Shown here in pieces: positions 55,771 through 64,000 of a stretch of 64,000 nucleotides of DNA (position 1 is its first letter; each line of letters opens with the position of its first letter). This DNA is from a virus. Where the stretch lies: IMG/VR virus record IMGVR_UViG_3300034684_000096, positions 32,001 through 96,000 of that record; one strand, written 5' to 3'. Both the position numbers and the translations under genes were made by a program. Below the pieces are notes generated by a model. It ran no database searches, had not been told where the DNA came from, and saw only the letters and a program-made list of their open reading frames with translations.

Positions 55771-55895
55771 TAGGACTGACAGGATTTGATACCTGCACGA
55801 ATGGGTTGAGTGACCTTGCGTTTCATCCTACCCCTATGTAGGGTCGCACCATTCTCCAGAAGTCTTGCTGTAGCGTCTACTTCCGCCACAGTCCT
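55771..55895 (-). ncRNA. 125-nt tRNA-like RNA with oversized branched variable arm
   Basis: Perfect acceptor AGGACTG/CAGTCCT; D arm GCGGAAGTAGACGC; T arm GCAGG-TATCAAAT-CCTGT; insert closed by GAATGG/CCATTC. Confidence 0.7.
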
Positions 55896-56055
55896 CCGCT
55901 CTTCTATGGTGAGCATTCCCGTCGTTCTCCGAAAAGATACGATGCGATTATCGAATTGAGTAACCCACTGATTTGAGGAATTCATTACTGAATCTAGCCT
56001 TAGTAGGTATTGTTAAATATACTATAGCATATTTTTAATCTTTTGTCAAGTCCTT

Positions 56056-56277
56056 TTAAGAAATATCTTCAACTTCTAATCCATTTTCTCTCAACACTTC
56101 ATGAAAATAGTGCCAAAGCTCCTCTTTATTCTTTGATGGCTCTGGTCCGTGTTTATACCAGCTATATAACTCAGAGTATATATCTGATAAAGCACCCATA
56201 AATTTCTCCGCCTTAGCACCAACCCTTTCAAATTGACATAAATCATAATCCGTTAGCTCTATAGTGACTTTTTTCAT
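56056..56277 (-). CDS. Hypothetical protein
   Basis: AGGAG RBS. Confidence 0.7.
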   Translation of the reverse strand: MKKVTIELTDYDLCQFERVGAKAEKFMGALSDIYSELYSWYKHGPEPSKNKEELWHYFHEVLRENGLEVEDIS

Positions 56278-56306
56278 AGTATATACTCCTACTTATTTTT
56301 CTAGGA

Positions 56307-56341
56307 TTGGCTAGGTAGGCTTCGAACCTACAAATGCCCTG
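56307..56341 (-). pseudogene. Orphan 3' part of a tRNA (variable loop, T arm, acceptor strand)
   Basis: CAGGG-CATTT-GTAGG-TTCGAAG-CCTAC-CTAGCCA; partner TGGCTAG at 57603-57609. Confidence 0.7.
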
Positions 56342-56342
56342 T

Positions 56343-57581
56343 TTATAGTATCTCATTCCCATATAAGGAATTAGTAGACACTTCAAGGAAACTGCCTTGA
56401 GGATTATAAACTAATCTTCTTGGTCTTACAGTTTCTCCATGCCTGTACTCGTCGTACTCCGACGATTTTAAAAATTCATTCTCAATATTGATTGAGGCAT
56501 TCAAATCTCTGTCAATTTCAAAACCACAATCACATTTATACACTCTATCAGAAAGATTTAAATCTTTATTTACTTTCCCACAACTAGAACAAGTCTTTGA
56601 ACTAGGAAAGAATCTATCAACTTTGTATACTGTTGTATTGTACTGTTTGGCTTTTTGTTCCAATCTAATAACAAATGAACTCCAATTAATATTCTGAATA
56701 CTGTGGCTCAACTTTCTGTTTTTCTTCATACCAGAAACATTTAAATCTTCAAGTACTATAGCTTGGTTTTCACTACATAACTTGTTGGATAAATGCCACT
56801 GAAAATGATTAAGATAATTTTGCCTATATTCATACAACATATTCAATCGTCGTTTACAAGCATACCATCTATTGGAACCTTTTACTTTTCTTGATAGATG
56901 TTTTTGTTGTTTTCTAATAGTACTATCTAATCCTGCTATCTTGTCTTTTATACCATAAATAAAATCTCCGTTTGAACAAACTGCAAATTCTTTTAATCCT
57001 AAATCAACACCAACTATATTATCAGAAACCCTTTTACGCTTTTCGATTTGTTCCTTTTCTACCAATATAGATGCGTAATATTTTCCTGATTTAGCCTTAG
57101 ATACTGTAACGTTTTTTATAATACCTGAAAAATCTCCTGATAACCCTCTTATTTTTACTTTCCCAAGCTTTAAAAGAACTATTCTTGTATTCTCTTCTGT
57201 TAATCTTGGTAATTCTTTAATGATGCATTCTCTATAAGAATCATTACATTTTCCTTTCTTTTTAAACTTCGGGAAACCCGGTTTATGCCCTTGCTTTACC
57301 CTTCTAAAGAAGTTAGTGTATGCCTTATCCAAATTAAGTTGACTTTGGTTGAGTGCACTAGCAGATACCTCTTTCAACCAAGAAAATTCTTTTCTAAGAT
57401 TTTTAATAGTAGGATACTTATAGGTTTTTAACATTTCTTTATTGTCCTTATATTTTTCATAAAAAGAAATTCTATCGGCCAAAGAATAGTTATACACATA
57501 TCTACAACAGCCTATTGTTTTATTAATAAGTTCTGCTTGTTGTTTTGTTGGGTATAGTCTTACTTTGTATGCTTTGTACAT
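56343..57581 (-). mobile_element. tnpB: Solo TnpB RNA-guided endonuclease (IS200/IS605/IS607 family), no transposase nearby
   Basis: KAYKVRLYPT HTH; RuvC GVDLG, LEDL, DRDLNA; zinc finger CSSC...CDC. Confidence 0.93.
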
Positions 57582-57613
57582 TAAATAACCTCTTTGTTTC
57601 CACTAGCCAGTTA

Positions 57614-57697
57614 CGGAAGATGAGGGACTCGAACCCCCAAGGCTTTTACACCCAGCAATTTTCAAGACTGCCTGTTTACCAATTAACATAATCTTCC
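57614..57697 (-). tRNA. tRNA-Ser(TGA)
   Basis: GGAAGAT/ATCTTCC, G73; GCAGT-CTTGAAA-ATTGC; long variable arm. Confidence 0.95.
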
Positions 57698-57703
57698 TTA
57701 CCT

Positions 57704-57775
57704 CAGCCACAGGAGGAATTGAACCTCCAATAACAGAATCAAAATCTGTTGTGTTTCCAATTACACTATATGGCT
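57704..57775 (-). tRNA. tRNA-Gln(TTG)
   Basis: AGCCATA/TGTGGCT, G73; ACAGA-TTTTGAT-TCTGT. Confidence 0.93.
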
Positions 57776-57819
57776 CTATTCAGTAAAGCGAAAAACTCTG
57801 TCAATAGTTTTGGAGACTC

Positions 57820-58188
57820 TTATGTTTCCACTACACCAACGACCCATTTACCATCTTCAAGTACTTCTACTTTGATATTTTCATCTTTCAAAGCACTTTC
57901 AACTTTTTCTTCTATATCAACATATTCACCAAGTGCTTGCGAAGTTCTTATTTTAAGCCACTCTTGAAACTTCTTTGACTTCACCACATTGTTAAAAGCA
58001 TCCTTCTGATTAGAAACCCTATCTCTCTGAGACTGACCAGTACCAATCGCACCAGATTCTTTGTGAATAATTCTACAGCAATTCTGGTGTTTGTTCTTAT
58101 ATTGTCCTCCCGGACCCGTACCAGAAAACCAAGTAACTGTAAAGTCCTTCTTTGTAACTGAAAAAAGTAACTCTCTTTCTTTATCCAT
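57820..58188 (-). CDS. Peptide chain release factor-like protein (GGQ domain only, ArfB/PrfH-like)
   Basis: FSGTGPGGQYKNK..NCCRIIH..SG...Q.QRD...NQKDAF; no stop-codon recognition domain in 122 aa. Confidence 0.88.
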   Translation of the reverse strand: MDKERELLFSVTKKDFTVTWFSGTGPGGQYKNKHQNCCRIIHKESGAIGTGQSQRDRVSNQKDAFNNVVKSKKFQEWLKIRTSQALGEYVDIEEKVESALKDENIKVEVLEDGKWVVGVVET

Positions 58189-58216
58189 AAAATAATCCTC
58201 TTCACATCATGAATAT

Positions 58217-58245
58217 ACTATAGCATACATTAACACAAATGTCAA
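58217..58245 (-). promoter_or_regulatory. Sigma70-type promoter upstream of the RF-like gene and tRNA cluster
   Basis: TTGACA-17 bp-TATAGT with extended TG. Confidence 0.75.
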
Positions 58246-58273
58246 GAGGATTTATCAATAAATATGAAAAATA

Positions 58274-60169
58274 TTATGTTATTTCACAAGCACCACCTCC
58301 ACAGGCTACTTCTCCTTGCCTGTCTGTAGAGTCTATGTCCTCATAAACGGCAGTTAAATCAATATCACTAAGATATTTAACTGCTTCCTCATATTCTTCT
58401 TTAGTACATTCCTCAAACGGACTCTGTGTATAAGTGCCTCCATCATAGGGCAATACAGCGATACCTGTATAACTATCACGATTATTCCACATCCACTCAC
58501 CAACCTCAGACCACTCATCAGGTTTAACGGAAATAGTACAAGAGGTGTTATTAAAATTTGCTCCTTCACGGTGTCCGGGTTGAATCCACTCAAGGTTCAT
58601 ACGTTTAACACGTTCTAAAGTATCTAAAGCAGACTCATATCTAAGCATTGCTCCTTCAGGCGCTTTCATAGGAATTTTAATCTTTGCCATAGTAGTAGGT
58701 TTAAAATAATCATCTTCTAGAAGCTCTGGGTGATTATCTCTAAGATAGGCGTAAATTGGCTCATCCTTACCTACAGATATTCTTCTCCAATAGTACTGTG
58801 CATACCAAGCATGTACTCCAGAAGATGTACCAAGCATCAGACTACTACTACCTTCTGGTTTGACAACCGTAGTTCTCGCAGCTTTGTTAATCCCTAGCTT
58901 ACTAGCAAATTCCTCATTCTCTTTCATCACCTCATTCGAAGCTTCTTCGATGTTTAATGATAGAAAATTTCTATCTGCAATACCTGTGATTGAAACACCA
59001 ATTAAAGCCTCGTCCTCTGCATTTTCTCTCCATTCTTTACGCAAATAGTAAAAATCAGTATATGCTGCTTGAAGAGTAGCAATACGTGATGCCATCTTAG
59101 CTCTCAAATTAAAGTCTTCTTGGTCAACAATCGATGTTGCATTAATCGTTGAAAGGTTGCAGAATGAGAAACTTTGGAGACTCACTTCAGCACATGGGTT
59201 GGTTAAAAGTTCAATATCATTTGTAAAGAAGATACCGGGTTCACCTGAACCACTTGCCTGTACCTTTTTCCACAGAGAATCAAAAACATCTTTTGTGATA
59301 AGGTTTCTATCAACTACTACAGAATTATTAGCCCTACCACGCTGTGGATTCTTTTCCCACCAATCACCATATTTACAGGTAAGCATATCTTCATCATCAA
59401 GAGAAAACAGCGCAATAGTAGCCGAGCGCCTAATTCCACCACACAACACAGCATCTGCCAAATGACAAATAATATCATACGCTTCCAGAGTAGTCAACTT
59501 TGTACCACTTCCTCTTGTATCTACTGCGTTATCCAAAACAGAAGCAATCTCTAATAAGCATATTCTTAAAGGTTCTGGACCCGGAGCATGTCCTCCTGAT
59601 GTTTTTAATGGAGCACCTTTCTTACGAATATCTCGAAAATCAAAATCAATCTCACGCTCCCCATAAAAATGAGACTCCATCAACTCTCTAACAGCATCTG
59701 CCCACCCAACAATACTATCTTGGATAAGAAATCTTCGCTTATGTTGCCTTCCAATAGGCTTACTAACACCTTTTAGAGGTGGTAATTGACGAACATGATG
59801 TTTCTGTATTGAGAAACCAGTCCCAGTACCCATCAACAGTAGATACATAATCTCAGAAAATGCCTTTATATCTGTAATAGCCAAAGCAGAGCAATTGTAA
59901 ATTCTCACAGGAGACATCTCTATCGCTGTACCAGCAAATTGTGCACTCCTACCTGAAGGCCATATCTTCTTTTCATAAACTAACTCATACGCTTCTTCAA
60001 TCTCATCTTTTAAATCTGGAAATTTACGTAAATGCATTTCCTTATTTCTTGTAACAATTTCTTCATAGGTTTCCCGCCTATGAAGCTCTGGCAAATACTT
60101 TGCATATTTCATATGGGTAATGATATCGCCCATGATTTTAGTTGACAGATTCTTCTCTTCCATTTTCAC
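58274..60169 (-). CDS. nrdJ: Class II (adenosylcobalamin-dependent) ribonucleotide reductase
   Basis: IYNCS, GGIRRSATI, TNPCAE, FCNL, VKPEGS, C-terminal ACGGGACEI. Confidence 0.93.
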   Translation of the reverse strand: MKMEEKNLSTKIMGDIITHMKYAKYLPELHRRETYEEIVTRNKEMHLRKFPDLKDEIEEAYELVYEKKIWPSGRSAQFAGTAIEMSPVRIYNCSALAITDIKAFSEIMYLLLMGTGTGFSIQKHHVRQLPPLKGVSKPIGRQHKRRFLIQDSIVGWADAVRELMESHFYGEREIDFDFRDIRKKGAPLKTSGGHAPGPEPLRICLLEIASVLDNAVDTRGSGTKLTTLEAYDIICHLADAVLCGGIRRSATIALFSLDDEDMLTCKYGDWWEKNPQRGRANNSVVVDRNLITKDVFDSLWKKVQASGSGEPGIFFTNDIELLTNPCAEVSLQSFSFCNLSTINATSIVDQEDFNLRAKMASRIATLQAAYTDFYYLRKEWRENAEDEALIGVSITGIADRNFLSLNIEEASNEVMKENEEFASKLGINKAARTTVVKPEGSSSLMLGTSSGVHAWYAQYYWRRISVGKDEPIYAYLRDNHPELLEDDYFKPTTMAKIKIPMKAPEGAMLRYESALDTLERVKRMNLEWIQPGHREGANFNNTSCTISVKPDEWSEVGEWMWNNRDSYTGIAVLPYDGGTYTQSPFEECTKEEYEEAVKYLSDIDLTAVYEDIDSTDRQGEVACGGGACEIT

Positions 60170-60707
60170 TCCGTTGTTCTTTTAATATTTCAGTCATTGT
60201 CTTAAATTTTTCAATTCTTCGTTCTGTTTGTTCCATACCTAAATTTTTATAAGGCTCTATAATTTCTCTCGCCTCATCCCCACATACTACCCCATCTTCA
60301 GTAATGACCATAGGTAAAAACACATTAGCTTTCTTGTTCTCCCCATCCTCATATACCTTCATACTTGCTAATAAGTTCTTCATATAACTATCAAGCACAT
60401 TTCCGTATGCGAGCAATATATTACTTCTTTTTTGAGGATAATTTTTATTTCGTAAATCCTCTGAACCAATAAAAATAAGTCTACTACCATTGGATAAAGT
60501 AATACCTAATGTAGAAGAATCCTGCATGTATTTATCTTTTGTCTCCTTAGTTACCCCTAAGTAGAATAATATCGCAGTATCCACATTAAGCTTTCTATCA
60601 CTCATGATATAAGCTATTGTGTTAGGAAATGTAACACATAACTGTACAATACTTTCTTCAATTTCTGTAGAAGAAGTTAATTCTCCATTTTTAAACTTGA
60701 ACGCCAA
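60138..60707 (-). CDS. Hypothetical protein
   Basis: GAGGAG RBS; packed ORF. Confidence 0.7.
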   Translation of the reverse strand: MAFKFKNGELTSSTEIEESIVQLCVTFPNTIAYIMSDRKLNVDTAILFYLGVTKETKDKYMQDSSTLGITLSNGSRLIFIGSEDLRNKNYPQKRSNILLAYGNVLDSYMKNLLASMKVYEDGENKKANVFLPMVITEDGVVCGDEAREIIEPYKNLGMEQTERRIEKFKTMTEILKEQRSENGREESVN

Positions 60708-61150
60708 TTCCTCTCCTCCTCTTCCACATATTCACTCAAATGAGCCTCATCATCAATATATATATCATTGATACACATGTTAGGTACATCAATGAAACAA
60801 TACCCCTTTGGTACTGAATCATCAGCAGTGAAGAAATTTTTACCTACATCTGTAGGATGTAGGCTTTGTCTCACTCGCTCATAATCTTCAGGGTTTATAT
60901 GTAAAGCACTGTAATTATATATCGAATATGGCGGTGAGTGGTGTGGCATAATACTTCCTAAAAACTCTCGTATTATGCGTATCAGCTTAGTGTAGTTTCT
61001 TTCTGTCTTTGCCTTCCAGTAATTCAAATCATCCTTTGGTACTGGTTGCATATTCCGTAATCGTTCAAATTCTACTAACATACTAATCCTCAGCAAATAT
61101 ATACATACCGTCATCACACTGTGAACAAAAGTACTTATTCCACCACTCAC
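60677..61150 (-). CDS. Hypothetical protein; true start probably at MLVEF
   Basis: GAGG before the internal ATG. Confidence 0.65.
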   Translation of the reverse strand: MSGGISTFVHSVMTVCIYLLRISMLVEFERLRNMQPVPKDDLNYWKAKTERNYTKLIRIIREFLGSIMPHHSPPYSIYNYSALHINPEDYERVRQSLHPTDVGKNFFTADDSVPKGYCFIDVPNMCINDIYIDDEAHLSEYVEEEERNWRSSLKMEN

Positions 61151-61376
61151 TGTTCTTTTTCAATGCGCGAAGTATTGCTTTATTGTCTTCCCAAACCCCT
61201 GTATTCAAATATAGCTGTGCAGATGACGCATCACTAGAGTCACATTCTTCAAACACAGAACCCATGTCTAATATCCAAACATGGGTGAGCAACTCTACCA
61301 TTTCGGAAAATGTAAAATGTTCTTTTCTTATTTTTTCTAGTAATGACATATTTACGTCCATACAACTTCCATCCAA
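61083..61376 (-). CDS. Conserved phage hypothetical protein
   Basis: LNTGVWEDNxAILxAL...WW. Confidence 0.7.
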   Translation of the reverse strand: MDGSCMDVNMSLLEKIRKEHFTFSEMVELLTHVWILDMGSVFEECDSSDASSAQLYLNTGVWEDNKAILRALKKNSEWWNKYFCSQCDDGMYIFAED

Positions 61377-61418
61377 CTACAAATAAAGTATATCACAAAT
61401 ATTACATCATGTCAAGGA

Positions 61419-61691
61419 CTATGAGGTAATATTGTTAAAAAATTCTTTCTCTCTACTCAGTGCTCTGCGAACAGCATCCTGACTATCTTTGGTAAATTCC
61501 GGATTTACAAAAAACTCTTGTTTTACCATACCTCTTGGTACGATAAATATTTCTGCTAAATCAACTTCCCCTACTCCATGACAATAAGGACATTGCATCT
61601 TCTTATACAGAGGATAATTATCTTCATCCAATGAATATTCATAGTATACAATCCCTGTACCAGCACAGGAAGGGCATTTCATTAAAACCAT
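61419..61691 (-). CDS. DnaJ-type zinc-finger protein
   Basis: CPSCAGTG and CPYCHGVG. Confidence 0.75.
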   Translation of the reverse strand: MVLMKCPSCAGTGIVYYEYSLDEDNYPLYKKMQCPYCHGVGEVDLAEIFIVPRGMVKQEFFVNPEFTKDSQDAVRRALSREKEFFNNITS

Positions 61692-61692
61692 A

Positions 61693-62910
61693 TTAACCTC
61701 GCATAAATCTAGGCTTGTAGGTAAATTCTGCTAGCTTACCTAAGTCATAATCAAACATACGAATCAATCCTTCTCTCACGTGGTAGTACCCTTCAGAAGA
61801 AGACCAAGCATCTTCAGGCACCATTGCCGGATGCTGAACTACCAACACATTCTGTTGATATTCTTTTGTTACATCCATATTCTTCAATGTATGTAAATGT
61901 CCGGTATTCATAATCAAATCTGTACATGAGGCACAATCTTGAGGCCATAGGCTATACATGCTCTGTACTACATTTCCTTTCAACTCATGTGAGTATGCTA
62001 GCAAGGTATTGCCAAATACAATTCTCTTCCTTGGTGTAGGTTCACACATTACATTCACTGATTCATCGTTTCTGTAATATGCTTGAATAAACCTACCTAA
62101 CATCAGTATTCTCGTAGCATCATGATTCCCCGGAACAATCATCAAGGTAATATTCTCGCTTATCTCATGCAAAGACTCAATAGCATCAACCAACATACTT
62201 TCAGCATATGCCTGTGTTTTTATATAGCGAGAATCTTCTGCCTGTGCAGTACCAGCTACTGTGGTGTTAGCAGATGAATCAACATTGAACCAATCACCTA
62301 ATAGTTCTAATACAATTTCTTTTGGATGATAGGGTGTAATCACCATTTTTGCATACGCAATATAGTTTTCAAACTCAGACCTTGATTCATGAATATCCCA
62401 GTTATCTCCACCACCTGAGACTTCCTTACCCCAGACCTGTTTTCCATGGTGCCAGTCAGCTAGAGATATAGTTGCCATCATGTTATTGAAATCATGAACA
62501 ACTCTATCAAAAACAGGAGTCTTATATTCTGAAACAAACTCTCTAAATGCGTCTGCATATGCTGAAGGATTCATTACCCCAGCATCTACTGTGGGAACAA
62601 ATGAGGCTTTGAATTGTAATTTACCATCAGCTCTCTGATTATAATCAACTCTATGTGGTTTCCATGTTGAAGCATCAAGCTTACCATAGTCCATTGCTTC
62701 AAATACATTGGTAATTGGTTTATTATCAGTTGAAGTTATTTCTACAGTCCCATTTGGTTTTTCATTAATACCTTCTTTTGACTGTTGCTTGTATAAGTTA
62801 ATATACCTTTTCACAGACTTTACAGAGATATCAAAATATTCACTTGTTTCTTCAAAACCATGGTCCATAAAATAATCATATACTTCATTCAATTTTTTAT
62901 TACTTATCAC
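61693..62910 (-). CDS. Phage metallophosphoesterase with N-terminal HTH
   Basis: LADWHHG, LGDWF, PGNHD, SH, TGHLH motifs. Confidence 0.85.
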   Translation of the reverse strand: MISNKKLNEVYDYFMDHGFEETSEYFDISVKSVKRYINLYKQQSKEGINEKPNGTVEITSTDNKPITNVFEAMDYGKLDASTWKPHRVDYNQRADGKLQFKASFVPTVDAGVMNPSAYADAFREFVSEYKTPVFDRVVHDFNNMMATISLADWHHGKQVWGKEVSGGGDNWDIHESRSEFENYIAYAKMVITPYHPKEIVLELLGDWFNVDSSANTTVAGTAQAEDSRYIKTQAYAESMLVDAIESLHEISENITLMIVPGNHDATRILMLGRFIQAYYRNDESVNVMCEPTPRKRIVFGNTLLAYSHELKGNVVQSMYSLWPQDCASCTDLIMNTGHLHTLKNMDVTKEYQQNVLVVQHPAMVPEDAWSSSEGYYHVREGLIRMFDYDLGKLAEFTYKPRFMRG

Positions 62911-63211
62911 TACATAGTTCTCCTATCAATAGAATCAGTGTATCATAATTCATATGCCATTGTCAAGTCCATTAATTCCTAAACAGAGTATTTATATTGT
63001 TAAAATGAAATCTTCTGATAAGTAAAGATTTTTCAAAATCTGTTGTAGGACTTGAAAAGTCCTTATATTACGAAGTAATATTCTTTTCTTTTATATAGTA
63101 TTATATATATTATATTATTGCAGGATTCGTGCCAACTTTTTTATAACTTAGTAACTGCTTATCTTATAATAGTTTACTGTTAATGGATAAAAATATATTT
63201 ACTTCAGCCTA

Positions 63212-63320
63212 CACCCAAAAACCATGGAACGGCTATGTACCGTCACCCAAAAACCCGGGAATGGTATCAAAGGTCTGAGTACCGACACCTAAAAACCCGG
63301 GAATGGTAGTAAAGGTCTGA
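63212..63320. repeat. Three imperfect direct repeats in the strand-switch intergenic region
   Basis: CACC(C/T)AAAAACCCGGGAATGGTA..AAAGGTCTGA at 63244 and 63286; degenerate copy at 63212. Confidence 0.8.
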
Positions 63321-63375
63321 TTATTTATATTTTAAAATAAGATAGTTAACAAATATATAAAGTTTCTGTACAGAC

Positions 63376-63404
63376 TTGACAATGGCGTAAATACGTGATA
63401 TACT
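63376..63404 (+). promoter_or_regulatory. Sigma70-type promoter for the terminase gene
   Basis: TTGACA-17 bp-TATACT with extended TG; AGGAG RBS follows. Confidence 0.85.
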
Positions 63405-63429
63405 GGTTATATATGAGAAGGAGAATAGG

Positions 63430-64000
63430 ATGAGTAGTTATGCTGACTTTGGATTAGATTTTAATTTGTTTCCTAAGCAAATGTTAATGTTCGCACACCC
63501 TGATGTGATACCACCGGGCTATGAAATACCGAGAGAAGTGCTGTTCGGGGGCGCTGCAGGTGGCGGCAAATCTTATAGCATGAGAGCTATGAGTATTGCA
63601 TTAGCTATTGAATGTCCCGGTGTTAATATTTACTTGTTCAGAAAAACATACACAGAGCTAGACTCAAACCATATGCTTGGTCCTAGTGGCTACCGTGCAA
63701 TGTTGTCGACTGCTGTGGAAAAGAAACTTGTACGTATTGATTCACAGAAGAACTTGATTCAGTTTAAGAATGGTCCAAATGGTTCCTTTGCTGGCGGTTC
63801 AACAATATTCTTACGCCATGTGCAGTACGATAAAGATGTGTACATTTATCAGGGAGCTGAAATACATGTGCTTATGATAGATGAGGCTACTCACTTTTCT
63901 GAACCAATTTATAACTTCCTTAGAGGTCGTGTGCGTCTAGGAGATTGGAAACCACCAGAAAAGTGGAAGAATTGGTTCCCTAGAATCATCTGTTCATCTA
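63430..64000 (+). CDS. terL: Terminase large subunit (partial, runs off the window)
   Basis: Hand translation: FPKQ, VLFGGAAGGGKS (Walker A), FRKTYTEL, YQGAEIHVLMIDEATHF (Walker B). Confidence 0.92.
   Translation, partial: MSSYADFGLDFNLFPKQMLMFAHPDVIPPGYEIPREVLFGGAAGGGKSYSMRAMSIALAIECPGVNIYLFRKTYTELDSNHMLGPSGYRAMLSTAVEKKLVRIDSQKNLIQFKNGPNGSFAGGSTIFLRHVQYDKDVYIYQGAEIHVLMIDEATHFSEPIYNFLRGRVRLGDWKPPEKWKNWFPRIICSS

Noticed and set aside
55797-55855. Hammerhead ribozyme inside the giant variable arm (GAUGAAAC)
   Set aside because: The CUGAnGA core and three-stem order are not present
55770-55985. 71-aa minus-strand ORF
   Set aside because: Coincides with the tRNA-like RNA and structured spacer and has no clear RBS
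56343-57581. Cas12f-type CRISPR effector
   Set aside because: No adjacent array or cas genes; size and motifs fit ordinary TnpB
912-61386. Numerous plus-strand ORFs in the ORF track
   Set aside because: Antisense shadows of minus-strand genes, without RBS and with Ser/Phe/Ile-rich composition
839-62910. Stop-codon reassignment suggested by the RF-like gene and many short ORFs
   Set aside because: Long conserved genes are intact in code 11; TAA, TAG and TGA all end genes followed by new RBSs; no suppressor tRNA was seen

Overview
AT-rich segment of a large tailed dsDNA phage genome, read in the standard bacterial code. Nearly all genes from 0.84 to 62.9 kb are on the minus strand, with plus-strand genes only at the window edges (partial ORF plus a secreted protein at left, terminase large subunit at right). 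Most of the roughly 130 ORFs are short hypotheticals behind near-consensus sigma70 promoters. Recognisable genes: Pth2 peptidyl-tRNA hydrolase, Pif1/RecD-like helicase, RtcB, a second (ATP-dependent) RNA ligase, Mom-like DNA modifier, SprT/DUF2786 protein, HNH and NUMOD3 endonucleases, YopX, Lar-like proteins, GNAT, MazG-like and DUF5664 nucleotide hydrolases, two metallophosphoesterases, a DUF2828 (TROVE/vWA-like) protein, solo TnpB, a GGQ release-factor-like protein and class II ribonucleotide reductase. A tRNA cluster (none with encoded CCA) lies at 51.9-57.8 kb. The main unexplained signal is non-coding: a 106-nt miniature tmRNA with a 6-codon tag frame, three ACAGCA-bulge hairpins in front of the DUF2828 gene (one carrying a tRNA-Lys(UUU) anticodon loop), a circularly permuted YrlA-like RNA, a tRNA-like RNA with a giant variable arm, and two tRNAs interrupted by nuclease genes. 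An early-gene-like region (24.6-37.4 kb) is built from promoter-hairpin cassettes and promoter-driven, ORF-free TGACATA repeat modules. All calls are by eye; no database search or folding program was run.
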